Shown here in pieces: positions 8,188-18,119 of a stretch of DNA of 36,992 bases. The DNA comes from a virus. Every line of letters starts with the position of its first letter. Within the stretch, counting starts at the first letter, position 1. Below the pieces are notes generated by a model. It worked only from the letters and a program-made list of their open reading frames with translations, did not search any database and had not been told where the DNA came from. The position numbers and the translations under genes were made by a program. The stretch lies in UHGV virus genome UHGV-0136957; one strand, given 5' to 3'.

Positions 8188-8512
8188 AATAAAGCCTTAT
8201 TTTCACGCCTAAATCATCAAATGAAACGCTTTCGCCTTGTATATCGCTTTGATTTACAAAAAAAAGGCAAATGTCCTCAATCTTTGAATATAAGAGTAAA
8301 TTAGTATTGTATATTTCAATCGGCGCATTTTGAACTACGCAAAGCTCATTCTCAAACACTGAAATTCGTGTCCTGTCATTAAAAAAAGTTTGAAATTTAA
8401 ACTTAAAATTATGCGTCCCGCAAGTCGCGTTAAATTCATAGTTTGGGTTTGCTTGCAAGGGTATTTCCATAATGCTTTTAAACTCGCTAATTTTTGCTAA
8501 AATTTTTCTCAT
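8174..8512 (-). CDS. Tail/baseplate assembly protein (unassigned)
   Basis: Track ORF. Confidence 0.35.
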   Translation of the reverse strand: MRKILAKISEFKSIMEIPLQANPNYEFNATCGTHNFKFKFQTFFNDRTRISVFENELCVVQNAPIEIYNTNLLLYSKIEDICLFFVNQSDIQGESVSFDDLGVKIRLYCGVY

Positions 8513-9051
8513 TAAAAAAATCCTTTGTGAAACACACTGCGCGGATTTGAAATCGGCGAAGTCGCCTTATTACCTAGCGATTTAGCAGCACCATACGCGC
8601 CCTTACTCGCGCCCGCGCCCGCAGAGAACGAATTTACTAAAATAACCTCTTGCAACGACACATTATAGTGCGTTGCGCCTACCATTTGCGAATTTGTATC
8701 TCTCGCCCAGCTTACAACCTTTAAGTTTTCGTAAGTTTTTGAGCCTAAACTCGATAAACTTACAAAGTTGTTTTTGTTATTAACAAGCTCGTTTAAAGCG
8801 TATTCAAAGCTCACATAATCGCCACCCTCCACAAAACACCTTAAATTCACTTTTAAAGGCATTTTGTAGATTGTATCGCCCTTATAAGAACCGCTCTCTA
8901 CGGGGTATTGTGGAGCATTGAAATCTTGCGTTTCGCTAATTTCGCTTACAATGCAGGGGAGTTTACCCCAATCAGTAACCTTAATTTCAATGCGATTAAA
9001 CCAGCTTAAAAGATTACCCGCTAAATTTCCTACATTTGAAAGGCTTATCAT
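8512..9051 (-). CDS. Tail/baseplate assembly protein (unassigned)
   Basis: Track ORF; position after the tape measure gene. Confidence 0.35.
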   Translation of the reverse strand: MISLSNVGNLAGNLLSWFNRIEIKVTDWGKLPCIVSEISETQDFNAPQYPVESGSYKGDTIYKMPLKVNLRCFVEGGDYVSFEYALNELVNNKNNFVSLSSLGSKTYENLKVVSWARDTNSQMVGATHYNVSLQEVILVNSFSAGAGASKGAYGAAKSLGNKATSPISNPRSVFHKGFF

Positions 9052-9053
9052 TT

Positions 9054-10724
9054 TTAATTATTCCCCACTTGCTGAATTTGCGCTGAAACGCTTTGGATTG
9101 CGCTTGTTGTAGCTGTTGCAACCTGCATAGGCGTTGCGCTTGTGATATTTTGATTAACATTATTGTTAATTGTTGTTGTCCGTCCCCCGTAGTTGTTTGT
9201 AACTGCGCTACTCATAGGCACTTGTAAGGCTTGCGGTTGCGCTTGTGGCGTTTCATTTTCGCTAAATCCAAAAAATGAACTTATGGAATTTCCAAAGCTC
9301 TTAATTTTTTCAGTAATACCGCTAAACGCGTTTGTAATTTTTTCAATCATACGCGTGAAAAAATCGCCTATTGCGCTAAAAACGCGCAAGGCATCATCTT
9401 TAAACTTATCCCAAGTCAAGCTCTCAATGTATGCTTTAACTTTTTTAATGCCGTTTATTAAAAATTCAAGTCCTTTACCAAAAGCCCTAAAAACCGCGCC
9501 CGCCACGCCGTCCATTTGTCCTAAACTATCAAACCAGCTTTTTAAGCCCTCCGCCAAAGTTTGCAAGGCGTCCATAGGTAAAGTAAAAATGCTTTTGAGT
9601 GTATCGCCAAAGGCTCGCCAGCTAGGATTTTTAATTAAAGCCCAAATTTTGCTAAAAACATTCATAATTCCCATTATAACGGGCTTTAAAGGGTCAATCA
9701 CCTTTTTTAAGTGCGGGAATTTCTTAACAAGCTCACCCGTTGCACTGTCCCAACCCATAAAATAATAATATAAATCCTCAAAAATCCCCGCAACGACCGC
9801 AACCGCCACGCCTATCGCTATAAAAGGCGCAAAGGCTGTGAGTGTTGCTATCGCCATTTTTGCTAAAATCGCTAAAATCGGCATTAAAGCGATTGTAATG
9901 CCTATGAAAAAGCCCTTTACAAAAATTTCGTTTTTGCGTAAAATATCCACAAAGAAAATCATTTTATCTACAAGCCCGCGCAAAAAGGGCATAATCCCCC
10001 GTATCATCTCACGCGCAAGGGCTGAAAAAATGTCCTTTAAATCTAACATAGCCTCGTTAAAATCTTTGGTGAGCTTAATATCCTCATCCGTTTCAACGCC
10101 TAACGCTTTTTGTTTTTGAATTTGCCTTTCAAGCTCTGCGCCCCCGTCTATTAAGGCTCTTTGCATAGCCTCATCTAGCCCAAGTTGCGACATTATAGCG
10201 GTTTTTGTTTCAAGTGAAAACCCTTTCATTTGCTTTGCTAAGCTTAAAAGGGCTTTATCGGCTTTTTGATAAGCTGAAATTTGAATTCCGTATTTTCTTG
10301 CTATATCTACAAGCGCGCCCCCGTTAAATTTCGCTTCTTGCAAGTGCGAATTCATAGATTTTAACGCCCCGATTGTGCTTTCAAGGTTGCCCCCAAAGCG
10401 TGTCATCGCTCGCCCCATTTCTGCAAGGCTTTGAGTTTCAAGCCCTAAAAGCTGATTAGCATTTATAAGCTGTGTATTAAAAGCCGTATAGTTTTCTAGC
10501 GTGGCTTTAAAAGCTGACATTGTAACATAAGCAAGGGCAAGGCGTTTAAGTGTGTTTGCTAGCCCTTGCATTGAAATATCAGCGCGTTTTATGTTTTTTT
10601 CGGTATTATCTGCTATTTCTTTTGTGCTTTTTTGGGCTTGTCGCGCTGTGTTTTTTAGCTCTTTTTGCGCGTCTTTGGCGTTTATGCTTATATCAATTGA
10701 AAGCTCGGTAAGTTTTTCAGCCAC
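9054..10724 (-). CDS. Tail tape measure protein
   Basis: 556 aa, alpha-helical, with a central hydrophobic segment FFIGITIALMPILAILAKMAIATLTAF...; lies downstream of the frameshifted chaperone. Confidence 0.7.
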   Translation of the reverse strand: MAEKLTELSIDISINAKDAQKELKNTARQAQKSTKEIADNTEKNIKRADISMQGLANTLKRLALAYVTMSAFKATLENYTAFNTQLINANQLLGLETQSLAEMGRAMTRFGGNLESTIGALKSMNSHLQEAKFNGGALVDIARKYGIQISAYQKADKALLSLAKQMKGFSLETKTAIMSQLGLDEAMQRALIDGGAELERQIQKQKALGVETDEDIKLTKDFNEAMLDLKDIFSALAREMIRGIMPFLRGLVDKMIFFVDILRKNEIFVKGFFIGITIALMPILAILAKMAIATLTAFAPFIAIGVAVAVVAGIFEDLYYYFMGWDSATGELVKKFPHLKKVIDPLKPVIMGIMNVFSKIWALIKNPSWRAFGDTLKSIFTLPMDALQTLAEGLKSWFDSLGQMDGVAGAVFRAFGKGLEFLINGIKKVKAYIESLTWDKFKDDALRVFSAIGDFFTRMIEKITNAFSGITEKIKSFGNSISSFFGFSENETPQAQPQALQVPMSSAVTNNYGGRTTTINNNVNQNITSATPMQVATATTSAIQSVSAQIQQVGNN

Positions 10725-10748
10725 TTTTAGCCCTTAAAATGATAAAAA

Positions 10749-10759
10749 ATTATAACACA
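10749..10759 (-). promoter_or_regulatory. Late promoter, extended -10 (TGtTATAAT) within a conserved cassette upstream of the tape measure gene
   Basis: Minus-sense tgtgTTATAATtttttatcattttAAGGGctaaaaGTGGCTGAAA. Confidence 0.5.
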
Positions 10760-10795
10760 AAAAAAAGAAAAATGAGTATGTTTTTTTTTACACAC

Positions 10796-11328
10796 TCATT
10801 TAAAAGGCGTTGTATTTTTGCCTTGATTTTTAGCGTTTTCTATCGCTTCGTTTTCGTTAAGCCTGTTTATGTAGTGAATTTCAAAGGTTTTAATAGCGTT
10901 TTCTATATCCAACTCCATACACTCTCGCCAAGTCCCAACCCCAAAAAGCACAAGCCCCACAATTAAAGGCTCTGCGCTTTGTTGGTATAAAGGTTTTAAT
11001 GATTTTCCGTTGAAAATCGTTGAAAGCTCGGCGATTTGGCTAAAAAACCCTGAACCTTTTGCATAAAGGCAAATGAAATTTCAATCAAAGAGCTTTCATC
11101 TTTAAAATAAAGCGAAATTGTATCTTTGTCTAGTTTTTCAACCCATTTGCCATCGTCTTTTTTCACTTTAACATATTTTAAAGCCAGCTCATCAAGGATT
11201 GAATTAGCCTCTATGCTTTCATTTACAGACTTTGCAAGGCTCATCGCTATCATAGCGTTTTTAGCTTTAAAAACATCTGCGGTCGTCATCATTGAGAAAT
11301 CGAATTCTCTATTTTCAACTTTTAGCAT
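10796..11328 (-). CDS. Tail assembly chaperone -1 frameshift fusion product (gpGT/gpE+E'-like)
   Basis: The -1 frame stays open for about 88 codons beyond the slippery heptamer T_TTT_TTA (11041-11047), to a TGA at 10796-10798. Confidence 0.5.
10996..11328 (-). CDS. Tail assembly chaperone (gpG/gpE-like), zero-frame product
   Basis: Its position between the tube and tape-measure genes, plus the slippery site near its 3' end. Confidence 0.55.
   Translation of the reverse strand: MLKVENREFDFSMMTTADVFKAKNAMIAMSLAKSVNESIEANSILDELALKYVKVKKDDGKWVEKLDKDTISLYFKDESSLIEISFAFMQKVQGFLAKSPSFQRFSTENH
11041..11050 (-). other. Programmed -1 ribosomal frameshift slippery site (G_GGT_TTT / T_TTT_TTA)
   Basis: Minus-sense cag ggt ttt tta gcc, located 14 codons before the zero-frame stop. 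Confidence 0.5.
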
Positions 11329-11340
11329 AAAAATCCTTTT

Positions 11341-11766
11341 TTACACTTTGCGCGGGAACAAGAAAACCCAAGCGGTCGGGTTAATTTTGGGATAACCCAA
11401 AGAACGCCCAGCCTTGCCTTGTTTCAAAATTCCGCCGACATAAGTTTCAGTTTCGCCGTTTAGCGTTACAACCACGCTTACCTCAGGCACATAGCTTAAA
11501 CTTTGCCCTACTCTTTGCTGATTGTTTAGCAAAAATTCAAGTTTCTTGCTTGTTTTGCTACCTCCGCTCAAATTCAGCGTGCATTGTATCGCTCCGTTTA
11601 TAGCCCAGTGATTAAACTGCCCGTCAGGCGTAACCTCGCCGTCTGCTGTCTGCAAGTCCTCAACGCTCCACATATCGCTGTTTGGGTCGAAATTTTCAAC
11701 TTCAATGGGCAAAGCGTTTGCAACTAAAATGGTTAATGTTGCGTTGTTTGTTGATAAAACCGCCAT
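11341..11766 (-). CDS. Tail tube protein
   Basis: Size 141 aa; lies between the sheath and the chaperone. Confidence 0.5.
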   Translation of the reverse strand: MAVLSTNNATLTILVANALPIEVENFDPNSDMWSVEDLQTADGEVTPDGQFNHWAINGAIQCTLNLSGGSKTSKKLEFLLNNQQRVGQSLSYVPEVSVVVTLNGETETYVGGILKQGKAGRSLGYPKINPTAWVFLFPRKV

Positions 11767-11767
11767 T

Positions 11768-13342
11768 TTAAGCTCCTAGAATGTAGTTATTTATGACAAA
11801 ACCGCGCCCGGGCGCGTTTGTCATATATGCCTGCGAAATCGTTATTTGCTTGTTGATTGTATCAATATCAGTGATTTTGAAAAAATAGCCATAATTTTGA
11901 ATTTGACTATATATATTTTCTATATCATCAACCGAATCACCAAACGCTTGCGAAATCGCACTTTTTTCGCTTGTTGTAAGCTCTGCGCCCACGCTTATAA
12001 TGTTTGCGCTCACAAATTTTTCAAAAGCCTCCGTTATATAGCCGTTTGCTGTGTTTTGTGTTTGAATGTCGCGTATGCCTAGCATTTTTTCGCTTGAAAG
12101 CATATTGTAAAGGGCTACTTGTTCGCTGATTTTAATGTAGATATTTGCAAAATAGACATTTGCGCTACTTGTAATCGAACCCCAAACATCACCATTCATA
12201 TAGCGGGTATCGTTTTGCCCTAGAATGCCGAATTTGCAAGGCGCATTGACACGCTTATTTTTTAGCGTTTCAAAATCGCTCTCATCTACAATCGCAACGC
12301 TTGAAAATTCGCTCATATCGTTAAAAGCGACATTGACATTTGAATTTGCTTTGCTAAAATCGATTGAGCTAAAAAACGCACAAACTAGCCCGTTTTGAGC
12401 CTCGCCGACTTTATAGTCAGCCACAAGCCCATCATAGCCCGCGAAATCGCTTAAATCCTCGTCTTTTAGATTGCTACCGCTATAAACGCCTAAATACCTA
12501 CAATTTGTATTTTTCAAAAACGCGCCAAAGGTTGCAAGGTCGCTTTTTAGCGTGTCAAATTCAAAATCAAAAGTTATCACGGCGTATTTTCCGTTTCTTT
12601 TGTCAATCAAATTTAACGCGCTTTCAAGTGTTAAGGCATTTAAGCCGTTTAGAATTGTTGCGCCTTCACTTTCGCTTAACCCTAGTTTCTCGCTTAAATC
12701 AGTGTTTCCATTCATAAGCTCTTCCGTTGGCTTTGTAAAAAAGCCGACTGAGCTACTTTCGCCAGTCGTCCCGCTTTTTATCACAAAGCCATTAGTATAA
12801 GCGTTAAATTCACAAGTAGCTTTTTTAAAGCCGTCCGCCGCGCCGTCTACTGCTTGTAAAGCCGTTTGAATGATTGTCGCGCACGCGCTTAAACTATCAT
12901 TTGAGCTTGTGAAGTCGAGCGTTAAGTTTTTCGCCACGCCATCTATGCTTATGCTTGCCTTACCTTTCATTGATTGCAAGGCTGTCAAGCTTGGTGCTTT
13001 TGCGCCTTTTAGCGTTGCGGGTTTGGCTGCCTCGTTAAACTGAAAAACGCTTAAACTATCGCATTTAGTGGCGTTTTTGCTTGTAAAGCCAAAGTATTTA
13101 TCCGCAAACGCGCCTATACTAGCCTTTTTAAACGCTTGCTTAACTGCACTCGCGTTTGAAAACTCGCTAAATTGAGGATTAGGCATTGTGTCATCTGCCT
13201 TTGTTATCAAAAGCGTGGGTAGTTTGCTTATGGTAAAGGTAGCTCCCCCCACACTTTGAGAATTGACTTGCACTAACAAGTCTAATGGTAAAGCACTTGC
13301 TATACTCATTTTAATTCCTTTCGTTGATATTTTCGCCCACAA
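11768..13342 (-). CDS. Contractile tail sheath protein
   Basis: Size 524 aa; immediately upstream of the tube gene. Confidence 0.55.
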   Translation of the reverse strand: MWAKISTKGIKMSIASALPLDLLVQVNSQSVGGATFTISKLPTLLITKADDTMPNPQFSEFSNASAVKQAFKKASIGAFADKYFGFTSKNATKCDSLSVFQFNEAAKPATLKGAKAPSLTALQSMKGKASISIDGVAKNLTLDFTSSNDSLSACATIIQTALQAVDGAADGFKKATCEFNAYTNGFVIKSGTTGESSSVGFFTKPTEELMNGNTDLSEKLGLSESEGATILNGLNALTLESALNLIDKRNGKYAVITFDFEFDTLKSDLATFGAFLKNTNCRYLGVYSGSNLKDEDLSDFAGYDGLVADYKVGEAQNGLVCAFFSSIDFSKANSNVNVAFNDMSEFSSVAIVDESDFETLKNKRVNAPCKFGILGQNDTRYMNGDVWGSITSSANVYFANIYIKISEQVALYNMLSSEKMLGIRDIQTQNTANGYITEAFEKFVSANIISVGAELTTSEKSAISQAFGDSVDDIENIYSQIQNYGYFFKITDIDTINKQITISQAYMTNAPGRGFVINNYILGA

Positions 13343-13844
13343 GGACGATATTTTTTAAGCTCTTATCATTTTCTATAATTTCAACTTTTGAAACTATCGC
13401 AAAATCAAAGAACGCCCTATTTATGAGCTTATTTTCTATAAGCTCGCTCGTTGTTTGTATTATACTAAAATTTTGCAAAATTTCAGCGCTTTTTTTGCTG
13501 AGGTAATCCTCGACATAGTAGCTATGTAGCCACTCCCTTAAACGCAAAGCCTCGCTAAACGCTTCAATCTCTAACGAATTTTTGCCATTTTGCTTGTAAA
13601 TGTCAAGCTGTAAGGTATAACGAACATAGCTCGCTTCTTTGATTTGCAAATTTTCGTCATCGATTTTATGCAAAGTTTTAGTATTACTTGTTTCCACTTC
13701 GCTACTCACAACGCTACAAAGCACAACGCCCTTAACAAAGTTAGGCGCGTATTGTGTCCCGCCCATCACAAAATCAAGGCTTGTGATTTGATTTTCGTTG
13801 TTTTCAGGCTTAAAAAGGTGATAAAGGTGTGATAATTCAAACAT
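13311..13844 (-). CDS. Hypothetical neck/tail protein
   Basis: Track ORF. Confidence 0.35.
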   Translation of the reverse strand: MFELSHLYHLFKPENNENQITSLDFVMGGTQYAPNFVKGVVLCSVVSSEVETSNTKTLHKIDDENLQIKEASYVRYTLQLDIYKQNGKNSLEIEAFSEALRLREWLHSYYVEDYLSKKSAEILQNFSIIQTTSELIENKLINRAFFDFAIVSKVEIIENDKSLKNIVLVGENINERN

Positions 13845-14226
13845 TTTCGCCCTTTAATGTCGCTAAAACTTTAACCCAGCCGTTTTGCGACCAGTCCTCT
13901 TTACTATAAACGCTATATTCACGCCCTTTCCAAACAATTGAGGTTTCTTTGTTATCTAAAATCCCCAAAATGTCGGGCAAGTCGTTTGTAAAATAGAATT
14001 TATAGCTTTTTTCGCCCAAGAGTAATCCCGTATTTGCTAGTGCTTGCGTATTTGAATTGCCTACGGGCTGAATGTGCGCGAATGTTTCAAACTCGCTTAT
14101 TTCGCTTTGTACGAAACCCTTAACCAGTTTTTTAACTTCGCTTTTAATGACAACGGGCGAATTTGGTATTAAGGCTTGAATGCTAGGCAGGGCATCAGTT
14201 AAAAGCGACATTAGGCAAGCTCCCAA
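13837..14226 (-). CDS. Hypothetical neck/tail protein
   Basis: Track ORF. Confidence 0.35.
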   Translation of the reverse strand: MGACLMSLLTDALPSIQALIPNSPVVIKSEVKKLVKGFVQSEISEFETFAHIQPVGNSNTQALANTGLLLGEKSYKFYFTNDLPDILGILDNKETSIVWKGREYSVYSKEDWSQNGWVKVLATLKGENV

Positions 14227-14630
14227 GATATAGAATTTCTTAAAAGCCCTGTATCAATTAGTGGGTTTGATGAGCCTTTTTGCTTGATTGTGCTGGGCGC
14301 GTTTGGCGGTGTGTTAAGGTTTGTGAGGCTTAAAACAATGTCCCCGCGCATAATTTCGCCTAGCATTTTCAAGGCTTTTTCGCTATCATTTGTGCCTATA
14401 AGGGCTGTATTTACGCTGTCGCCCCATTTTCGCGTATTTTTAGCTATTGCGTTACGAAAAAAAGGGCGCATAGGAATTTTAGCTGTGCCAAATTCTTGCC
14501 AAAAAGCAACCTGCGCCACAGGCGTGCCATCGTCATATTTTGCACTTTCAAAAATACCGACTTTTAGCTTTTTATTAGTGAAAATGCTACTTTTAAAGGC
14601 TTTTTCTTTTTTGCGAATTTTAATTGACAT
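14211..14630 (-). CDS. Virion morphogenesis / tail completion protein (Mu G / P2 gpS-like)
   Basis: C-terminal LIDTGLLRNSISWE motif, as in the Phage_tail_S family. Confidence 0.45.
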   Translation of the reverse strand: MSIKIRKKEKAFKSSIFTNKKLKVGIFESAKYDDGTPVAQVAFWQEFGTAKIPMRPFFRNAIAKNTRKWGDSVNTALIGTNDSEKALKMLGEIMRGDIVLSLTNLNTPPNAPSTIKQKGSSNPLIDTGLLRNSISWELA

Positions 14631-15024
14631 ATCTCAACCCTGATTGCCTTGCAAGCCAAGCTAAATACTCTTGCCCGTATCGCGTTGTGGCTAGAAAATA
14701 GGTAAATTCATCGCCTTTTGTAGCATAAGGTGAGCTTTGATAACTTACGCTTATATCTCCAACGGACGAACTTGCTAAAACGCCCTGCTGTGCGCTTGTA
14801 ATACCTATTTCCGCGCTAAATCCACCAGCCACAAAATAATGCGCTAAAAGGGCTAAAAAGGGTAAAGAGCAACCGCAAGCGTTTAAGTCCTTAAATTCTG
14901 GGTATAAACACTTAACTTTTTCAATTTGTGCGTAAAAATTTTCTTTTTGCTCGTCCATTTTCAAAACGGGCTTAAATTCAGGGTAAATCCTTAAAAAATT
15001 TTCACAAATTCGCTCTTTATCCAT
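14620..15024 (-). CDS. Hypothetical head-completion-region protein
   Basis: Track ORF. Confidence 0.4.
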   Translation of the reverse strand: MDKERICENFLRIYPEFKPVLKMDEQKENFYAQIEKVKCLYPEFKDLNACGCSLPFLALLAHYFVAGGFSAEIGITSAQQGVLASSSVGDISVSYQSSPYATKGDEFTYFLATTRYGQEYLAWLARQSGLRYVN

Positions 15025-15026
15025 TT

Positions 15027-15350
15027 TTAGCCCTTATTTTTGCCTTGTTTCGTTATTTTTGTGTTTGTTTTAGCTTCGTTTTCGGTTTGCGCCTCTTCTT
15101 GCTTGTCGGCAACTTCGCTTTTAACCTCATCAACAGCCTTTTGACTTTGCTTTTTAGCAGTGTCCTCATTGCCATTGACAACATAAAAACCGCCATCGAT
15201 AGCGTCCTGCACGCTAGGATACTCTTCTATAAGCAAGTCTAAATCCGCCTTTGAAATTTGATTTAAAGCGCAACCGCCACGCAGTGAGATTGTTTTGCCA
15301 TTTGATAGATTGTAATCAAAGCCGTTAAAGCCTTTTATAACTAAAAACAC
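15027..15350 (-). CDS. Hypothetical head-associated protein with an acidic/Lys-rich tail
   Basis: Track ORF. Confidence 0.4.
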   Translation of the reverse strand: MFLVIKGFNGFDYNLSNGKTISLRGGCALNQISKADLDLLIEEYPSVQDAIDGGFYVVNGNEDTAKKQSQKAVDEVKSEVADKQEEAQTENEAKTNTKITKQGKNKG

Positions 15351-15398
15351 TTTTTATCCTTTGTATGTGTGTAGGGGGCTTTTGCGCCCCCTTGTGCG

Positions 15399-16406
15399 TT
15401 AAACGCCTGAAAAACGAACCACGAAAGCGGGTTTATAAACAAGCGCACCGCAAGTGCCAGCACTAACAACTTGTGAATAGCCGTTATGTTCTTGCACGAC
15501 ATTACCCATAAGGGCAAGCTCGCTATATCCTAGCTTTGTGGTTTTGTCAATACCGCCAACATTCGCTTCGCCTATGAAGTAGATAGCGTTTTTATTGTTT
15601 TCCGCATTTTCCAACTCAATCGCAGGCACAAAAGTCATACCTGTGTAAAGGTCGGTAAGTTGCTTATATACGCTAATACCTAGTGCTGTGTATTTGCTTT
15701 GTAGTTGTGCGAAAACGCTAGCTGGTAGCACGCAACGGATATTTGATTTTCCGTTTATATGATTTCCACTTGATTTCACAAGCGCAACAATAGCTTTGGC
15801 AAAAAACGCCATCACTTCTTCCCAAGTCATAGCCTCGATTTTTTTGCTTTCAACTTGATAATTAGGCAAACTAGGGTTGTTAAGTAAGCCATAAACAAGC
15901 ATAGCGTTTGCACTTTTGTCAAGGTAGCCGTTAAACGCTGTGCGGTTCATTTCGATTGCTATGGCTTCGGTTGCAGAGCGTAAAAGCACATCGGCATAGT
16001 TAATTCTAGCCTTTGAAAATTGCTCGGCTTGCAAAGAGCCATACACAAAAGAGCTTGAAAAGCGATAGTGTCCTGTTTCGCTGAAATTAGCATTCAAACT
16101 AGCTGCCAAAGGCGTGCTATTGTCTGCGTAAGGGGTTGTAGTCCCTGCTTTTTCAACGAAAGGCACAAAATACTTCTCATCAGCCCAATCCAAGAGTTTC
16201 TCTTGTCCACCAAGAGCCTCGCCACCAGCTCGCAACGCAACGATATTTTCAATCACTTGTGTTGAAAGCTGCCCCAAAACTGCGCTAGGCATATTAAGAT
16301 TAACGCCGTTAATGGTTGGCATAGCATCGCCAAACTTAACTTTGTCAAGTCCGTTCAATATACCCTCTGCGTTTAGTTTTTGTAGTGTTTGTAATGAAAT
16401 CCCCAT
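15399..16406 (-). CDS. Major capsid protein (Mu gpT-like)
   Basis: Size 335 aa and position; followed by a GC hairpin at 15374-15391. Confidence 0.55.
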   Translation of the reverse strand: MGISLQTLQKLNAEGILNGLDKVKFGDAMPTINGVNLNMPSAVLGQLSTQVIENIVALRAGGEALGGQEKLLDWADEKYFVPFVEKAGTTTPYADNSTPLAASLNANFSETGHYRFSSSFVYGSLQAEQFSKARINYADVLLRSATEAIAIEMNRTAFNGYLDKSANAMLVYGLLNNPSLPNYQVESKKIEAMTWEEVMAFFAKAIVALVKSSGNHINGKSNIRCVLPASVFAQLQSKYTALGISVYKQLTDLYTGMTFVPAIELENAENNKNAIYFIGEANVGGIDKTTKLGYSELALMGNVVQEHNGYSQVVSAGTCGALVYKPAFVVRFSGV

Positions 16407-16420
16407 AACAAATCCTTTCT

Positions 16421-16897
16421 TTATCGTGCGCCAGCAGTGCTTATTTCAATCACGCCACGCTTTGCCTCGCCGTTGCCTTTAACAACGATAAAGCCTGTTG
16501 GTGTGTGGTCTGCTTTTGTATTAGCATCGTCAAATACCAAGCTACCATCAGTTGTTTTCACAAATACAAATTGCCCCGCTTTTGCAACTACTTGCGCTTC
16601 AATGAAAACACTACCCTCGTTAAGAATGGTAACATTTGCACCTTTCGCCTTAACGGCAGAGTCGCCATTTGCGCTTTGAAAATTGTCAAAAATAGCTACG
16701 CCTGCCACTTTTGTAACGGCGACACCTCTAACGCCTTTAAATTCGCCCTCTTTATCGCCTCTTTGAACGAAATATCCTACCTCTACTTTATCATCAGCGC
16801 AAATACCGCTGATAGTGTTAAAGTAAGAGCCTCGCCCTTGTGCTATATGTCCTGCAACGCCCAACGCTTGGGCTGTTTCTACTTGTTTTTGAAACAT
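16421..16897 (-). CDS. Putative head structural or decoration protein (Gly/Val/Ala-rich)
   Basis: Position between the scaffold and major capsid genes. Confidence 0.35.
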   Translation of the reverse strand: MFQKQVETAQALGVAGHIAQGRGSYFNTISGICADDKVEVGYFVQRGDKEGEFKGVRGVAVTKVAGVAIFDNFQSANGDSAVKAKGANVTILNEGSVFIEAQVVAKAGQFVFVKTTDGSLVFDDANTKADHTPTGFIVVKGNGEAKRGVIEISTAGAR

Positions 16898-16901
16898 ACG
16901 C

Positions 16902-18119
16902 TTATCCTTTCATCTTTAACAAAAGCTCATCAATTTTTGAGCTGTCGTCTGTAATTTTTTGATTTGCGCTATCAGCGAATTTTGGGGCTCTCAATAAAAG
17001 AGCTGTCTTAAATGCGCTTTTAGCATCAACACCGCTTGAAAGCTCGCTATTTGTAAGCGTTTCAAAACCTATTTTATAAATTTCGCTTTCGCTTTTTCCA
17101 GCGTAATCAAAGCCTTGCCCTAGTGCTTTTGAAACTTCGGCATAGCTGTCTTGTATGCGTTTGTTTTCGCCAAGCATAGTGTCCTTAAAGGCTTTAAATT
17201 TGCTTTCCATAATTTTGTCAAGTCCATCTACGAATTCAGCGACTTTTTTGCCCTCATCATCGTCATCGCAAGTTTTGTTTTCGCCATCATCTTGCGTTTT
17301 AGGCTCATTTCCGCCGTTTTCGTCTGTAACTTTTGGCTCATTTTCGCTGTCATCATCTTGCGTTTTAGGCTCTTCGTCTTTAACGCCCAAAAGCTCAATG
17401 ATTTTAGCAAGTTTTTCACCATCGTCAGCCTCACCCTTTGCGATTTCCAAAAGTGCTTTTGCCTTGTTTTCAAGGCTATCCTCAACTTTTGGCTCTACGG
17501 GTTCGGCACCATCGCTATCTTTGAATTTTTTGATAAGCTCGACCAAGCTATCGTAAAATTTAGATTTAGCCATTTCTTGTCCTTTCGTTAAAATTGGTTT
17601 TTCGTCTAAAATTCGCAAGTCTCTACCGCTACGCCCTTTTTCAACAACTGCTAGATGATTAACACAGCTAACTTCTTGTATAGCGCTATAATCTTCGCCG
17701 TTAAACCTACCTTTGCTTTCGCTAATGTCGCCTGTGTATCCAGGAGACAACTCGACAAGTCCATTTTCAATAGCATTGATAAGCTCGGGGTTATAAATGA
17801 TTAAATCCGCTTTAAGCATTAAACTATCCGCATCAGCCGTAACATTACTACCTATCGCCCCATCAGCTTGCGGAACGCCATCTTTACCCACCCACTCGTG
17901 TTTCCACTTAATAGGTTTATTCGCAAAGCTATCTTTATTTTTTAGCAAGGTTTCAAATGGGCGATAAACCCTTACAATTTCATCGCTTTGCGAAGTGCCG
18001 TCAATTTCGCTTTTTAGATACTCAAACACGCCAGCCTTTGCAATAGGGTTGTCCTTGACTATAAGATAACCATTTTCATCTTTGCTTCTGTGAGATGAGA
18101 AATCTATAAATTTAATCAT
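16902..18119 (-). CDS. Head maturation protease / scaffold fusion (Mu gpI/Z-like) with an acidic low-complexity repeat region
   Basis: Track ORF trimmed to the ATG (MIKFIDF) with an AAAGG RBS; acidic repeats EPKTQDD...; lies between the F-like gene and the capsid gene. Confidence 0.5.
   Translation of the reverse strand: MIKFIDFSSHRSKDENGYLIVKDNPIAKAGVFEYLKSEIDGTSQSDEIVRVYRPFETLLKNKDSFANKPIKWKHEWVGKDGVPQADGAIGSNVTADADSLMLKADLIIYNPELINAIENGLVELSPGYTGDISESKGRFNGEDYSAIQEVSCVNHLAVVEKGRSGRDLRILDEKPILTKGQEMAKSKFYDSLVELIKKFKDSDGAEPVEPKVEDSLENKAKALLEIAKGEADDGEKLAKIIELLGVKDEEPKTQDDDSENEPKVTDENGGNEPKTQDDGENKTCDDDDEGKKVAEFVDGLDKIMESKFKAFKDTMLGENKRIQDSYAEVSKALGQGFDYAGKSESEIYKIGFETLTNSELSSGVDAKSAFKTALLLRAPKFADSANQKITDDSSKIDELLLKMKG

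Noticed and set aside
10739-10966. Plus-strand ORF (75 aa) between the chaperone and tape measure genes
   Set aside because: It is the mirror image of the -1 frameshift extension of the tail chaperone on the minus strand.
17151-17591. Plus-strand and nested ORFs inside the protease/scaffold gene (17151..17591, 17155..17556, 17228..17485)
   Set aside because: They are generated by the low-complexity acidic repeat region, which is open in several frames. They overlap a well-supported minus-strand gene.
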